From: Antedon mediterranea
Lineage: Eukaryota; Animalia; Echinodermata
Assembly (NCBI RefSeq): GCF_964355755.1
Contig: NC_092675.1
Span: forward strand, 5,947,812 to 6,011,811
Length of the DNA stretch: 64,000 nucleotides
Reading direction: 5' to 3'
This document shows, in pieces, positions 41,501-52,850 of the stretch. The notes beneath the pieces were generated by a model that was not told the DNA's origin, ran no database searches, and saw only the letters and a list, made by a program, of their open reading frames with translations. Numbering within the stretch: position 1 is the stretch's first letter; each line of letters begins with the position of its first letter. Both the position numbers and the translations under genes were made by a program.

Positions 41501-42138
41501 CTATTCAGACCTATAGTGCATCACATCAGCTGTAGCAGCAGTACATTCTAGGCTGTGACACACAAGGGATCAAACAAGGACCATATTTTATCACTCCCAT
41601 AACTTTTATGATATACATTAAAAATAGAGTAAATATTATTAATTGTCTCAATTGTATTTTGTTTAAATATAATAGTCAATAGGCCTAGCCTACCTAGGCC
41701 CTAGGCCTAGTTCTTTTTTTCCAGTTGAGAAAGTACACTGAATGAAATGCCCTGTTGCGCAAGAAAACAACACAAATAAAATCTCTTTTTTTTTGTCTGA
41801 AATCAAAATCTTCAATTTCAAATTTAGGCAAATGTGAAACACAAAAAAGTTTTTTTTACCTTTGCTCCAACTGTTTTAAGCATTTCATCAATATCACAAG
41901 CTCTTGGTCCAATGTGTCTATCAGCAAAGACATCGTGCTTAGGATAGACATTGTCAATAGCCCTTCCTGTGCAACTGAATCTTTTCCCAGTTGTAAGGCT
42001 AGGCCTAGCCACTTGAGTACAGGCAACGTATCTTGTTCCAAGACACTGGCCTATTAGGCCAACATTATTCGAAATCCTATACTTCGCGCGCATAGCAGAC
42101 AGGCTTACAATAGCCTGGTACTGACGAGCAACATTCAT
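20511..42138 (-). CDS. GLDC: Glycine dehydrogenase (decarboxylating), mitochondrial glycine cleavage system P protein, 23 coding exons
   Basis: Minus-strand GT-AG exons: 42138-41860 (basic presequence; FADRHIGP), 41199-41121, 40766-40631 (RSYIGLGYY...ILENPGW), 34389-34225 ([23 protein letters not shown]...[15 protein letters not shown]), 32900-32823, 32167-32020, 31397-31201 ([17 protein letters not shown]), 31052-30956 ([21 protein letters not shown]), 30177-30072, 29441-29293, 28329-28249, 27917-27813, 27410-27284 ([12 protein letters not shown]), 26894-26752, 26619-26544, 26333-26208 ([10 protein letters not shown]), 26058-25796 (PLP-lysine motif [19 protein letters not shown]), 23831-23684, 23302-23191, 22751-22656, 22339-22232 ([11 protein letters not shown]...MIEPTESE), 21604-21459, 20630-20511 ([27 protein letters not shown]). 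Confidence 0.97.
21097..21375. repeat. ~49-bp intronic minisatellite, about 5 copies
   Basis: Unit ataaaactaggttctttatcactaataattgcactctcaagcctactac. Confidence 0.85.
23894..25155. mobile_element. 1.26-kb non-autonomous DNA transposon with GG...CC ends and TTA TSD (Zator- or Harbinger-like)
   Basis: tta|ggccaaataaaaaaacatacttgttaagcgtcac ... gtgacgcttaacaagtatttttttttatttggcc|tta; CpG-rich interior. Confidence 0.8.
28495..29216. repeat. 48-bp tandem repeat, 15 copies, derived from a MITE terminus
   Basis: Unit ggtcctgaaagtgtccctttaatagaggttctactgtaaaaagaatat. It includes the right end (ggttctactgta) of the tacagtagaacc-type MITE whose left end is at ~28378; relatives lie at ~3822-3905 and ~23013-23128. 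Confidence 0.92.
32325..32680 (-). mobile_element. Deu-domain-like SINE, second subfamily
   Basis: The reverse complement shares gttctggtggtagaacaagtcttctc...ccggtgtactgg with 5357-5490 but has a different 3' tail. Confidence 0.7.
35927..35962. mobile_element. 36-bp perfect palindrome with 7-bp TSD: P-element-type remnant or excision footprint
   Basis: atcacac|catagagatattatagt-gc-actataatatctctatg|atcacac; CA...TG termini. Confidence 0.75.
36615..37400. repeat. Minisatellite: 19-bp unit grading into a 35-bp (19+16) unit
   Basis: ccatgccccaggaaaacta repeats, then ccattccccagaaaaactg+ccaccctgggcaacta repeats. Confidence 0.9.
38303..38680 (-). mobile_element. 3' end of a CR1/L2-group LINE
   Basis: ORF2 C-terminus [34 protein letters not shown]...FKSKLK, followed by a 3' UTR with a GC stem-loop and (aaat)n tail. 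Confidence 0.7.
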
Positions 42139-42399
42139 TTTACTAAACACAGAATTTATGTACCAGTAATCTACAATGGATCTAGATACTAACTAGACTA
42201 GATCACATGCAATTGATGAAATTACTAAATATATTTCACGATTCGCATGAAAAAAATAAAAAACGGTAACAATATCAAACACAGAAATACAGGCCTCCTT
42301 CTCCCAGCCGTGAACACACACACCACGACGACGACGAGAGCAAAACATACGATAAAAGGAATAGAGGGGGCGCGGCTGGTTAAAACTGAAAAGTGTAAA

Positions 42400-42480
42400 G
42401 TGATCAGCGAGAACTGCATCGGATTGGTTCAAATGCAAACATGTAAATCGATATATTCTTAGGCAACCAATAAAAATCAT
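42400..42480 (-). promoter_or_regulatory. Candidate GLDC proximal promoter (CCAAT boxes, CpG-richer)
   Basis: GATTGG at ~42422 and ACCAAT at ~42466, about 300 bp upstream of the ATG, next to a CpG-containing stretch. Confidence 0.35.
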
Positions 42481-43229
42481 TTTGTTGTTACGTAATACCT
42501 GTAATACACTCGTTTAGCAGTCAACATGTCACTATTATGTTCAATATTAATTCAATAATATAGAAAACTGAAAATATATGGTTTAGGATTATAAAATGGA
42601 ACATTACAATATCACGCCGGAAAAGTTATTCAAAGTAATTCATGCATACATAATTTATTAAGTTCTCTCCATTGGTTTGTATTGCATATTATTGGGTGAA
42701 TTATTCATTATCATCAATTGGGCCTACTATCGTAAAATACGAGGAAGTAAAATACATACAGTACTTACAAAAACAAAGGTAAAGTAATAAAAAATGAGAT
42801 TTTTTTAGTTATTCATGATAGTTAGGCCTACTGTAAGTTTACATTTTAAACTAATAATTCTATAAGATTTAAAGATAGACATTAAGAATTTAAAACATTC
42901 AGATTGACACATATTGTTGGAGATCTTTGTATAGTTGATACACTTTTAGTTGGTAGTCTCTACACACCAAGTAAATTTCAGTGAATGTGTGTTTTCTTTT
43001 GAAACAGTGGCACAAGATATATAAAAAAAAGAACATGAACAAAAATAATACTTTTGAAACAGTAGCACACTTCTTAAATGAAGGTGCGTCCATAGTACAG
43101 TAAGTAAAATAAAAGTTAGAGAGAAAAAAAGTATTTAACAATAGGCCTGTTTACAGTACAAGAAAACTTACTTAGAAATGAATTATGTACAAGATATAAA
43201 AAATAACATTAACAAAAGTAATACAGGGT

Positions 43230-43800
43230 TTAAAAAGCAAATTCATTGTTGATTTCTCTTCTCTTTTTCCATGCCCGTTTGGTGAAACCTTTACAAAATC
43301 TATCGAATGTAACTTCTTCAATATTTGTAGGAAGATCAAGTACAGGTGAAGAAGAACATACATTAATTGTTGGTCTATTGTTCCATTATTAAATTGGTTC
43401 CAAACGTCAATTGCATTCGATGGATTTTTCTCGAGTAGGCCTATATTGCCAATTCCTCCAGTCTAATATTCTGGAGCGCAGGACATGAAAAAAGGGAAAT
43501 GCCGAAGATCTTCAATGGGTTTAGAGTTACATAAGGTACATACCGTCATTATTGCTTTTATTTGACCAGCTTGAGTTACGTCTGTTTAATAGTAATGTAT
43601 TAGATCGCAATTTAAATGATATGCTTGCGCTTTCGAAGTCTAATGGCTCAAGTAAATATTTTCTAGGCATGAGTTTCTTTAATAATTATTTGATAGTCTA
43701 AAAGAGAAGATTTTAATGCAAGATCACTCCTCCAATTAATACAAGCACGTTCTTTAATCTTAGACAACATAAAGCTGGTCTCAGATCTACGGTGGGGTTA
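43230..43800 (-). mobile_element. Decayed LINE ORF2 C-terminus with CCHC-type zinc knuckle (RTEX/L1-like)
   Basis: Frameshifted minus-strand translation: WRSDLALKSSLLDY...YLLEPLDFESASISFKLRSNTLLL...LCNSKPIEDLRHF-FSCPALQNIR. Confidence 0.6.
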
Positions 43801-44585
43801 CCCATCGTGTTACGTATCTAATCGACATTTAGAAAAAGTGGTATGTATAAGTTAAAAATGTAAAACGAAAATCATTCTGGTTACAATTAAGTTGAAGCAG
43901 AGCATTAAGCAAAACTTTTGGCCAATGATGTGATTCCATGTGAACAATTCGATTACAATATTTTATACGCAAGCTACCGTGTGTGATATTTATTGGCAAA
44001 CAACCCAGTTCACAATATAAGGTTGCACGCGGCGTGTTTCAAGACACCTTAAGAATATATCGAGCCATTTGCAATTGTAATATTTATATTTTATCACTAT
44101 CAACTTTATTTAACGAACACCAAACAGCTGATCCGTAATTATTACAGGTAGACCGACTGCCCTCCATAATATATCTCAAAAAATACCCTGTTAAAATTAT
44201 TGCAATTGTCATTGTCGATTTGATATAAGCTATAAGCCTATTGCATTTTTTTACATTTTGGAACTGTACATTGAGATTTAGTTTCCTAGAAATATGGACA
44301 CCAAGGTATTTTTGTAAGTCTCTGATTCAACAATAAATCTATCCCCTAGCTTCCATTGTTTATATTTAAGAGCCCTTGTCTGTAAAAAAAAAAATTTGGT
44401 GGCAGATTTTAAAAATGGGTTTCTATCAAATTTTTACCATAGATAGGCACTTCAATAAAAAGCATATCTACAGCATTCATTTTAATGATTAGCCTTCGAT
44501 GCCTGTCAACGGCCAATTATCCAAATTATCTAGATGTTTTTGCAATTTTTAACATATTTCCTATAGTGAAAAACACTTACATTAC

Positions 44586-44724
44586 GGGTCTTTCACACGT
44601 GTTCCGGCACGGTCACGTCACGCGGCTACGCGTATATCGATTGGCGCATATTGCCGCGTGAAAACGAAACATTGATGTTCGATTCGCCGGACCGTAACCG
44701 TGCCGGAACAGGTGTGAAAGACCC
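44586..44724. mobile_element. Small palindromic MITE
   Basis: TIR gggtctttcacacgtgttccggcacgg / ccgtgccggaacaggtgtgaaagaccc; CATTAC on both flanks. Confidence 0.75.
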
Positions 44725-45049
44725 CATTACAGTTTTTGTTTATAGCAGCGTAAACAATCAAGTATTGAGTTCCATTTAATGTAGGTAGAACTAGAAAGCC
44801 ACTCCGAGAGTGCATACCTCCGCCTACTGTAAAATCCTCCTCCTACATAAGATTTCTCCGGGAAAACATATCCTATATATATACAGTATTTGTGTGTGTC
44901 TTAATGCTGTTTGTGATGTGGCTAATTTCACTACAAGCATGTGTATGCGAGTTTGGTGTAATGGTTATGTAACAAGCCTTTCAATTAACAATAGCTTCAG
45001 TTGACTAACAATAGAACAGCAACGCGAAAAACACACGGGTGAATTTTAG

Positions 45050-45530
45050 AAGAAATAGGTTTTTTTAACTACTCGCATCAAAAAACCTGTAAATCTAATT
45101 AAGTTTAAATTACAAATCACAAATTATAACTCTTGCCTCTTGTACAAAAATAAAGGTTTTTGGACAAGTAGTTCTCGAGAAAATGCAATTTTAGTTTACT
45201 TGTTACTTTAAGACTCCTCACCGGCTTTTGAAAATTCTGTCCTATCTTTTAACACTAGCAGGTCTGAAAATAATTCTAAAAAGTGGTCCAGAATTGAGAC
45301 CGTGGTCCGGATTTTAACCAAAACGGCAGTGTCGTCCTTGCACCAGGGGACATGTATAGTATTAATTTGGAGTCATTCGAATCAAAATTGTGAGCGCTAG
45401 AGTGATGACAAACAAACAAACACACACAAACCGCACCGATCAACATACTTGGCCAATTTTCAATTTGGCCAATTAGTAACAAACAGACAAACAAACACAC
45501 GCGTTATACCTCCTTGGCGGAGAGGTAGGT
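45050..45530. mobile_element. Helentron/DINE-like interspersed repeat; partial inverted copy at ~35480-35770
   Basis: About 280 bp match the reverse complement of 35480-35770; (acaa)n microsatellites and a terminal cctccttggcggag hairpin. Confidence 0.5.
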
Positions 45531-46703
45531 AAATAAGGCCATATACATGGCTGCAGTCGCGTGCACAAATTTGAGTTAGTGATTTACCGACCAACCGACC
45601 GACATAGTGAGCTATAGAAAAAGACAATTTAAAAATGGAGTTTGGTTGATACCATTTTAAAAAGGGGTATTTTTCAAAAATATATAGGTCTACAGTACCT
45701 CATAAACGTAATATTTCTGTTTAACTTTGAGGCATATCGATATATCTGTATTGGTTATCATTTTTAACAATGCTTTGTATATTATTATTAGTATTAGATT
45801 AGATTTGATTAAATACAGTATTGATAAGCCTACATTGTCAATTAGACATATCATGTCCACTAGATATAATTATCAGAAATATCTTAAATTAACTGCTGAT
45901 AAAAATAGTGATTACTTGTGTGACATCTCATAAGCATAAATAATTTTGTATTTCTGATTGCCTTCCCGACATATAGAAAATTATCAGAAATAAAAATAAA
46001 TCTTCATAACAATTACAATAATTGAAAATCATAATCAAAATGTTTACATATTGTATTTTTGCTAACGGACATAAAACACCTAGCTCTCATCTGATTCTCT
46101 AAAAATAACTAATGGTGTTAGTGTAGGCCTATTTATACAAGTATTTAAAAATATAGTGTTTAGATCTATTTTGTACCCACCTTTTCCACACATTTAGCTT
46201 TCCAACACGTAGTTACATGTTTAGCCTAAACCTAAACGTGTTTATACCTACATGTTGTTTTCCTCTACTCGTTTAGCAGACACCATGTCACTATTATGTT
46301 CAGTCAGTTCATGTTTAGGTAAGTGCATATGATTTTACTGTGGCTGAAAAAAGCTCCACAAATTAAACAAGTTTAAAACCTAAACGTGTCTTTATATTGC
46401 TCCACATGTTTATCAATCAACACTTCACTGGTGTGTTGAGTTGGAACACTACTACATGTTTTGAATGTATTTAGTACCGACATGTTCATATCTAAACATG
46501 TTTGTGGGTACAATGTGGGTACAAAATAGGTTTTTAAGATCTAAACACTATATTTACAGTTTAGTTATTACATATTAGCCTTCTTTTCTTCCGCATTTAA
46601 AGTAAATGTTTTAACACAGACGATCAAAGTTACCGTCGGTTTAAATTTAAAAATTAAGAAATTCAAAGTACGATTGTTGGTATAATTTCCTACAGGAATA
46701 GCA

Positions 46704-47756
46704 ATGGGATTTGAACTCGTTTCGATGGTGATAATAATAAGCCTTCTGGCTGCAAGAGGTAAGTTATTATCTGATAATTTAATATTTCGAACAACCATCA
46801 ACAATTACCCACCTACTTAACTATTTAACTGTCAAACCAGTCTAGCTTTTTAAAACTGTAGGCCTACGTACTGTATTTATATTTAATCAAAAGTCAGCAT
46901 TTTGAATTTGGTCTATAAGCTCAAAATGTACGAAACGCCATGTGCGCCAAAATGTTTATGTTTTTACCAATGTTAAGTCGAATCCGAGAAGAGTGAAATC
47001 ACGCTTCCGTTGTCGAATCGCCATCTGAAAATTAGACTAGCTTCTATCAATCTGAACTACTCTTTGTTTCAGGAAACTGCCTCCGTTGCTATGTCTGTAC
47101 TTCATTGGATAAAGGATGTGATGATCCATTTGACAGTTCAGTGATCGACAGTGCAGAATGCACTGAAAATGACGCAGCATGTTTTGTAAGTTATTCCTGT
47201 GGCCGTATTAACTATTCACATTTATGCATTATTTGTTTTACAACACACCTACACCTATTAACGAGATCCAATTTTGGACGCAGAGTAACACTGCCGGTTG
47301 CTTGAACAGCCTAGCTATAGTACATTTATTTAATATTTTATGGCCCACAATCGTCCAATAAAATGAAAAGAATCTAGTGTTATAATCACTGATGAATTCT
47401 GTCATGATGACGAACACTGAATACTCTTTAACATAAACATAATATAATACAGCGTTTAAAAAAAGTGTGCTGGTGACGGTATTGGTTGCTGGTACTGCTT
47501 TTATACTACCTTTGGTGCAAACGAATGTAAATGAATGTGTTTTCTTTAGAAATACACAATAACCGGCTCTGGAGACACTCTTGTCGAGCGTGGATGTGAT
47601 AACTATGGAAACACCAGTTGTGAAGTAAGCCTAGATGATGAATATGATCACTGCATGTACAGTTGTAAGACGGACAAATGCAACGGAGCCATATTCATCA
47701 CCAGCAGCTTAGGTCTCTTGGTTGTGTCAGCACTTACGTACTTTATCATATTTTAA
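46704..47756 (+). CDS. Ly6/uPAR (three-finger; quiver/sleepless-like) GPI-anchored protein, 3 coding exons
   Basis: Exons 46704-46758 (signal peptide MGFELVSMVIIISLLAARG, phase-1 intron), 47073-47185 (NCLRCYVCTSLDKGCDDPF...ECTENDAACF) and 47550-47756 (KYTI...VERGCDNY..SC...HCMYSCKTDKCNG, hydrophobic tail LGLLVVSALTYFIIF, TAA). 10 cysteines in the mature domain and a terminal CN motif. Confidence 0.88.
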
Positions 47757-50700
47757 TAAGCTATAAAATACTATTATTATTGGTATTATAGTATAGGTTC
47801 TATACTCAATTTAGCTTAATTTTCGTAATAAGGACAATCCGGGCACACATGGCGTATCATACCTAAACTTCAGCTATACAGTTTTGAATGCTGTGTGTTT
47901 TTATTATGAATTAATACCGACAAACCTTCGATAGTCTTCAACGAAACGGGTTAATAAGTTTCAAAATTACACCTGTTTGTTATCGGCATTATATAACATC
48001 ATATCAAAGTATATTCAAATCTACTTGGATGGATAAAAACGTTTTATTTTTCAAACATATTGACCACATTGTCAGTAAGAGTAATAAAATGGTTGGCTTC
48101 ATTTGTATTTGGTTTCATACCTTTAAGTGGCAACTTTCGTTGCTGTTGGTTTTGATTAAATAAAATAAATAAAATAATCTAACGATGAAAATATACATAG
48201 TGTTTACACAAGTATTTTATTTTAATAATATTGTATACCGCTGTTATTTTCATTAATGACATTCAGAAATAAAATTAGAGCAAGAAGCAATGCTGAACAT
48301 TTTTATTGTGTTATTTCTTCTTTATACTGGGTCTTCAGTACAAAACAGTTTTCCCAGTGAGGACCACGGATCAGCACATGTTGTGTAATAATGTTGTACT
48401 AATTTCTTATCGTTCACTAATTTGATTGCAAGAAAGGATTTTGATGTATTACAATAAAATAAGATCTCAAAAAAATATCAAAAGTTTACTCAACTTAGGC
48501 TACCTCAAAGGTTCAAAATTTGACGTTAAAAAAGATGGCTGCCAATTTGGTAACCGCTTGTCGTAGAAAGTTGTATTTGATGTCATAGTTCAAAATATTT
48601 ATGGTTATATTTATTTACTCCTTTTGAACATTTTGTTGAAACATGGCAGGAAATTCCATTTTTTACCTTTAACATAATTATATGGCATGACATTTTTATA
48701 GCTAGTATATGTATCCACGATTTGTATTTACTTATATGAAAATATAATGTACGTGTCAACGGTCAAAGATAGGCATTTTGGGTAATTTCTTTAACAAAAT
48801 GTTTAAAGAAGGTAAATATAAATATGTATATATAAACACAACAGGCAAATAACATTAATGCTAAACCGCCAGATGGTATATTGAAAATGTATTAATTAAT
48901 TTGAAACGATAAAGAGGAGGAAATCTGCCGAGAATGAGAAAAGGGGTGTGTGGGGTGTGGTTCGGGGAATATAAGAAGATACTGGCGTTTGTGAGTAATG
49001 AGGTATCAACATGATCGAAATTCCTGTACAATACTATACATTTGAACCGTACGTCCCGCTGATGTGAGGGATAAATATCGGTAGGGAAGTGCAGATGTAA
49101 TGGATGGATATCAGAATGACAATAGGCCCTAATTGATATGGCAAGGTTTACCTTACTCCTATCATGTTCTATCATTGTTCCTTCTTTTTTTCTCTCTCTT
49201 TTGTGACGTAAACACCACATTTATTCACATTAATAACATCTTTCATGTCATCACCATAAAAATCATTATATTATTTTAATTATTATCACATTTTTGTTTT
49301 CTAATGTCATTACAGGTATAGCATCTTATAAGTACAGGAAAACTATGAAATGGTTGAAAAAATTGCAACAGAATTTATTTCCCTTGTACAGTTCATTTTT
49401 ACAGTTTCGAAGATCTCAAAGTGCCATTAATTAGAAAATGGCCGCAAAAAACATCTTTATTTATCTAGACACATATCCCTATGTTATAATATAGAAAATT
49501 CAGTCCTATGCTTAATGAATAGGTCTTCGGTGTCTAATAAATCAGTTCATTTACATTTGTACTGTCATAACAATATACTTCAACATTGGTAACGTCAGCG
49601 AGGAGGGATATAGGGAGGAGGATCATATGGGGAACGGTAAAAAGGTTCGTCGGCCATGTTAGAAGAAAAATATGATATTTCCTACAATAATAAACATGAA
49701 ACAATACCCAACAAGTACTGTTTCATGGATTTTCATTTTTAAAATACCCCACTTCGGATGTCTGTTCGTTATACAATCGTGTTGTTATTGCATGTAGCCA
49801 TATACTGTATATGGGATATCAAAATGAGCGGAAGTTGCATTTTGAATTTGAAAATTGCCACTTGAGAGGTTGTGGGTTGGGAATGATGAGTCAATATTTT
49901 AAAATACATTTTAAACTTTGGTGATTATTATGGTGAATTTTAAAGATCAGGGATACTGAACATTTACTAAATTTGAACCTTCCCAACCGTACAAGAGATA
50001 CAATGAAAAAAATAATTTTACAAGGAACTACTTTATTGCAACAAATCGGTGGTAATGGCTTCCTGCTTTTTACATCATTGACCTGAGAAGAACCTGAGTT
50101 GAATATGCTTACTATAAGTACAAAAACAACAACAACAAAATCATAATAATCATAATCATTTTAAAATAGCAGACTAGTTCTTAATAAAGTAGTACTATAA
50201 GTTTTTTTGTTTATTTATCAAATGTATTAGTGAACCCTCTATTACTATATACTATGTACAGCTTGCCTCATCCTTAAGATAGGGTGTAAAGGCATTATAA
50301 ATCATTGAATGCACGTGTGAATCCTACTGTAGACGGCCACTCCGAGAGTGCCTAGTACCCCCGCCTAAAATTCTTCTACATAAGATTTAGTCTCCAGAAA
50401 AAGTGTGTGTGTCTTAATGCTGTGTTTGATTTGAGACTAATTTCGCTACAACCATGTTGAGGGAATAGATTTTATTTTATTTGAACTGACATTTTGCTTT
50501 TTGCAACTTTTTCACAAAACAATAGTCTCCATTGACTCTTCTAATGCAATGAATATTTTTTTTCTTTTGGAAAGTGTTTGGTTTACACAATTTTACCGCA
50601 TACTACTGTGAATGATGTGATGATTTTTAAGACAACTTTTCCTAAACCAAATTTACTGACAGCCCATAATTATAGTCATTAAAAACATACTTTGCCTTTA

Positions 50701-52192
50701 CATAACGTAACAAACATACATGGTATAATAAATGTCTTGTTGCCGTTATAGGGCCAAGAGATTCAATGTAGCAGGGCTCCCCATTGAGACACAGTTGGCA
50801 GTAACATAAAAGTTTCAGAAATAGTCTAGAAGTATGTATGGAGTGCAGGACTACTTCTATAAATGATGCATGTGTATGACTGTTTCTCATAGTAAATGTT
50901 TTATTTATTTATTTATTCAGGTAAAAACATTACAAAAAGCAGAACAAGTCTGAAATTATTGGAGTATACATATAATAAAAAGTTAAACATTACAGACAAA
51001 TTTACAATATGCATAAAAATAAATGTACTGTTCATTAATCATTCAAATTTATCCAATAGAACAATTTACAATGTCATAACAAAAATAGATCCTTTTTCAT
51101 TCATTTTATTAGTACAAAGTATCCTTAATTAGGATCTCTTGTATTTTAAATATATTTATCAAGGTTTTAATCTATTTTTTTACAATATATACAATAGTAT
51201 TAATTTAAATGTATTTATTTATTTACTTATAAAAATCCTATAGGCCTATAACATGCAGAATGTCCATCACAAAAAACAAATTAATAAGGTCGCTCCATAA
51301 AAAAGAAAATATTTAAACCGTAAACATCAAAAAGTTATTTAAAACATCAAAAAACAGTGCATTATATACATGTTAAGTATTTCCTTTGTTCTTTACATGG
51401 AATACAGGGATATACTACATCCCACCTATCCGGTTAGAAAAAGGTGTGCTTACAAATTGTTAAAAACCAAACTTTTTAAAAAAAGGAAATTTGCATTGGT
51501 ATAGCTATATACTGTATGCAGGTAACTAATGAGAATTTGGATAACTTAACGTTATTCTGTGAGAAATTAGTCCTGAAAAAGCCAAACGGCACCTGAAATA
51601 AAATCCATTCCCCCACAACAAATGTTGCAAAATGTCATTGATTGCGTGTCTATTACCAGGTACAGCAGTGGAAGAAAATATTCTTTATGGCGTGATGTCT
51701 CTATTGACGAAACTGTCATTTGTTGTGAAGAATGCCACGGCATCAGCACATGCTCCATTCCTAATCTATAGACGGGGTATGATAACATGAAAATGAAAGT
51801 GAATGGATTAATAGATTGCAAGATTGTAGTTTATTGTTTGTGAAAGTACCAATCAAAGTTTTATTAGACACCGTAGTCCTATGCATTATATGCATTATGA
51901 TTGACTATGCTGAACGTGGTGATTTTGATACTTAGATGTTTGTTTTTGCTGCCATTTTCTAAATAATTGAACTTAAATTTTAGTCTTTCTTTATTCATTC
52001 ATCCAAAAAATACATAAACATAACATTGTAATATAAAATTTTAAAATATAAAAATAATTGGATAAAAAGGAAGATGCCTATCTAGCTCTACTTCCTGTAT
52101 AACTAAAAGATTTCAATTTTATTCAAATCAAACAAATCATATTATGATAGAATTTAATTACTAATAATAGTATAATAGTAATAATAATAATA

Positions 52193-52227
<35 letters not shown>

Positions 52228-52850
52228 TATACTGTAAATTATATATATATATATACAGTATATATACATACATACACACATACATCATTCCGTTTCAATT
52301 GTATATACATACATATACACACATGTATATGTAGCGATACTCTAAAAGCAGTATTATCATTTTATTGTATTTAAGTTCATATTTACTTAGTAGCTTGTAT
52401 ATCCTCAATGATCATGCCTTAGTTTGATTTTACACATTCCAATCTCTGAATTAATTAAGACTGTACCTCCTTTATCTAGGTTTCCATAACAACTGGTCCA
52501 TTTTGTGGGTTTTGTGGTGGGCAGGTATATAAAATATACCAAATTGGCTAGTTGAGAATTCTCAACTATTACCGCAGTACGCCTGTACGACGAAGCCTAC
52601 CGGTATAATGGGATAGGCTGATTTCCTTGTTAACTTAAGGGTCATTTAATTACTGAATTATGATTGGTAGTAAAGGAAATTTACTGGAATCCTATTGGAT
52701 GGTAAGGTGGTAGTAGGACCATGTCCATCCCATTGCAGTAATAAAGTTGAGCCACCTGCGACCATTACAATGCCCTACCATGCTAATGTAGGAGTGGGGA
52801 AATGTTATGCTTACTACTGTTTCTTTTAATAATTTAGTACAATTAATAAG

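Noticed and set aside
47388-47420. Third hammerhead (CTGATGA...GTCA/TGAC-GAAC)
   Set aside because: GAAA is broken, there are extra bases before stem II and no convincing stems I/III; at best a decayed relic.
51567-51821. Short ORFs at 50642-50890 and 51567-51821 as a fourth host gene
   Set aside because: No recognisable domain or consistent splice structure in the frames examined.
52197-52332. (TA)n/(TACA)n tract as part of the foldback terminus
   Set aside because: Ordinary microsatellite with no counterpart at the right end.
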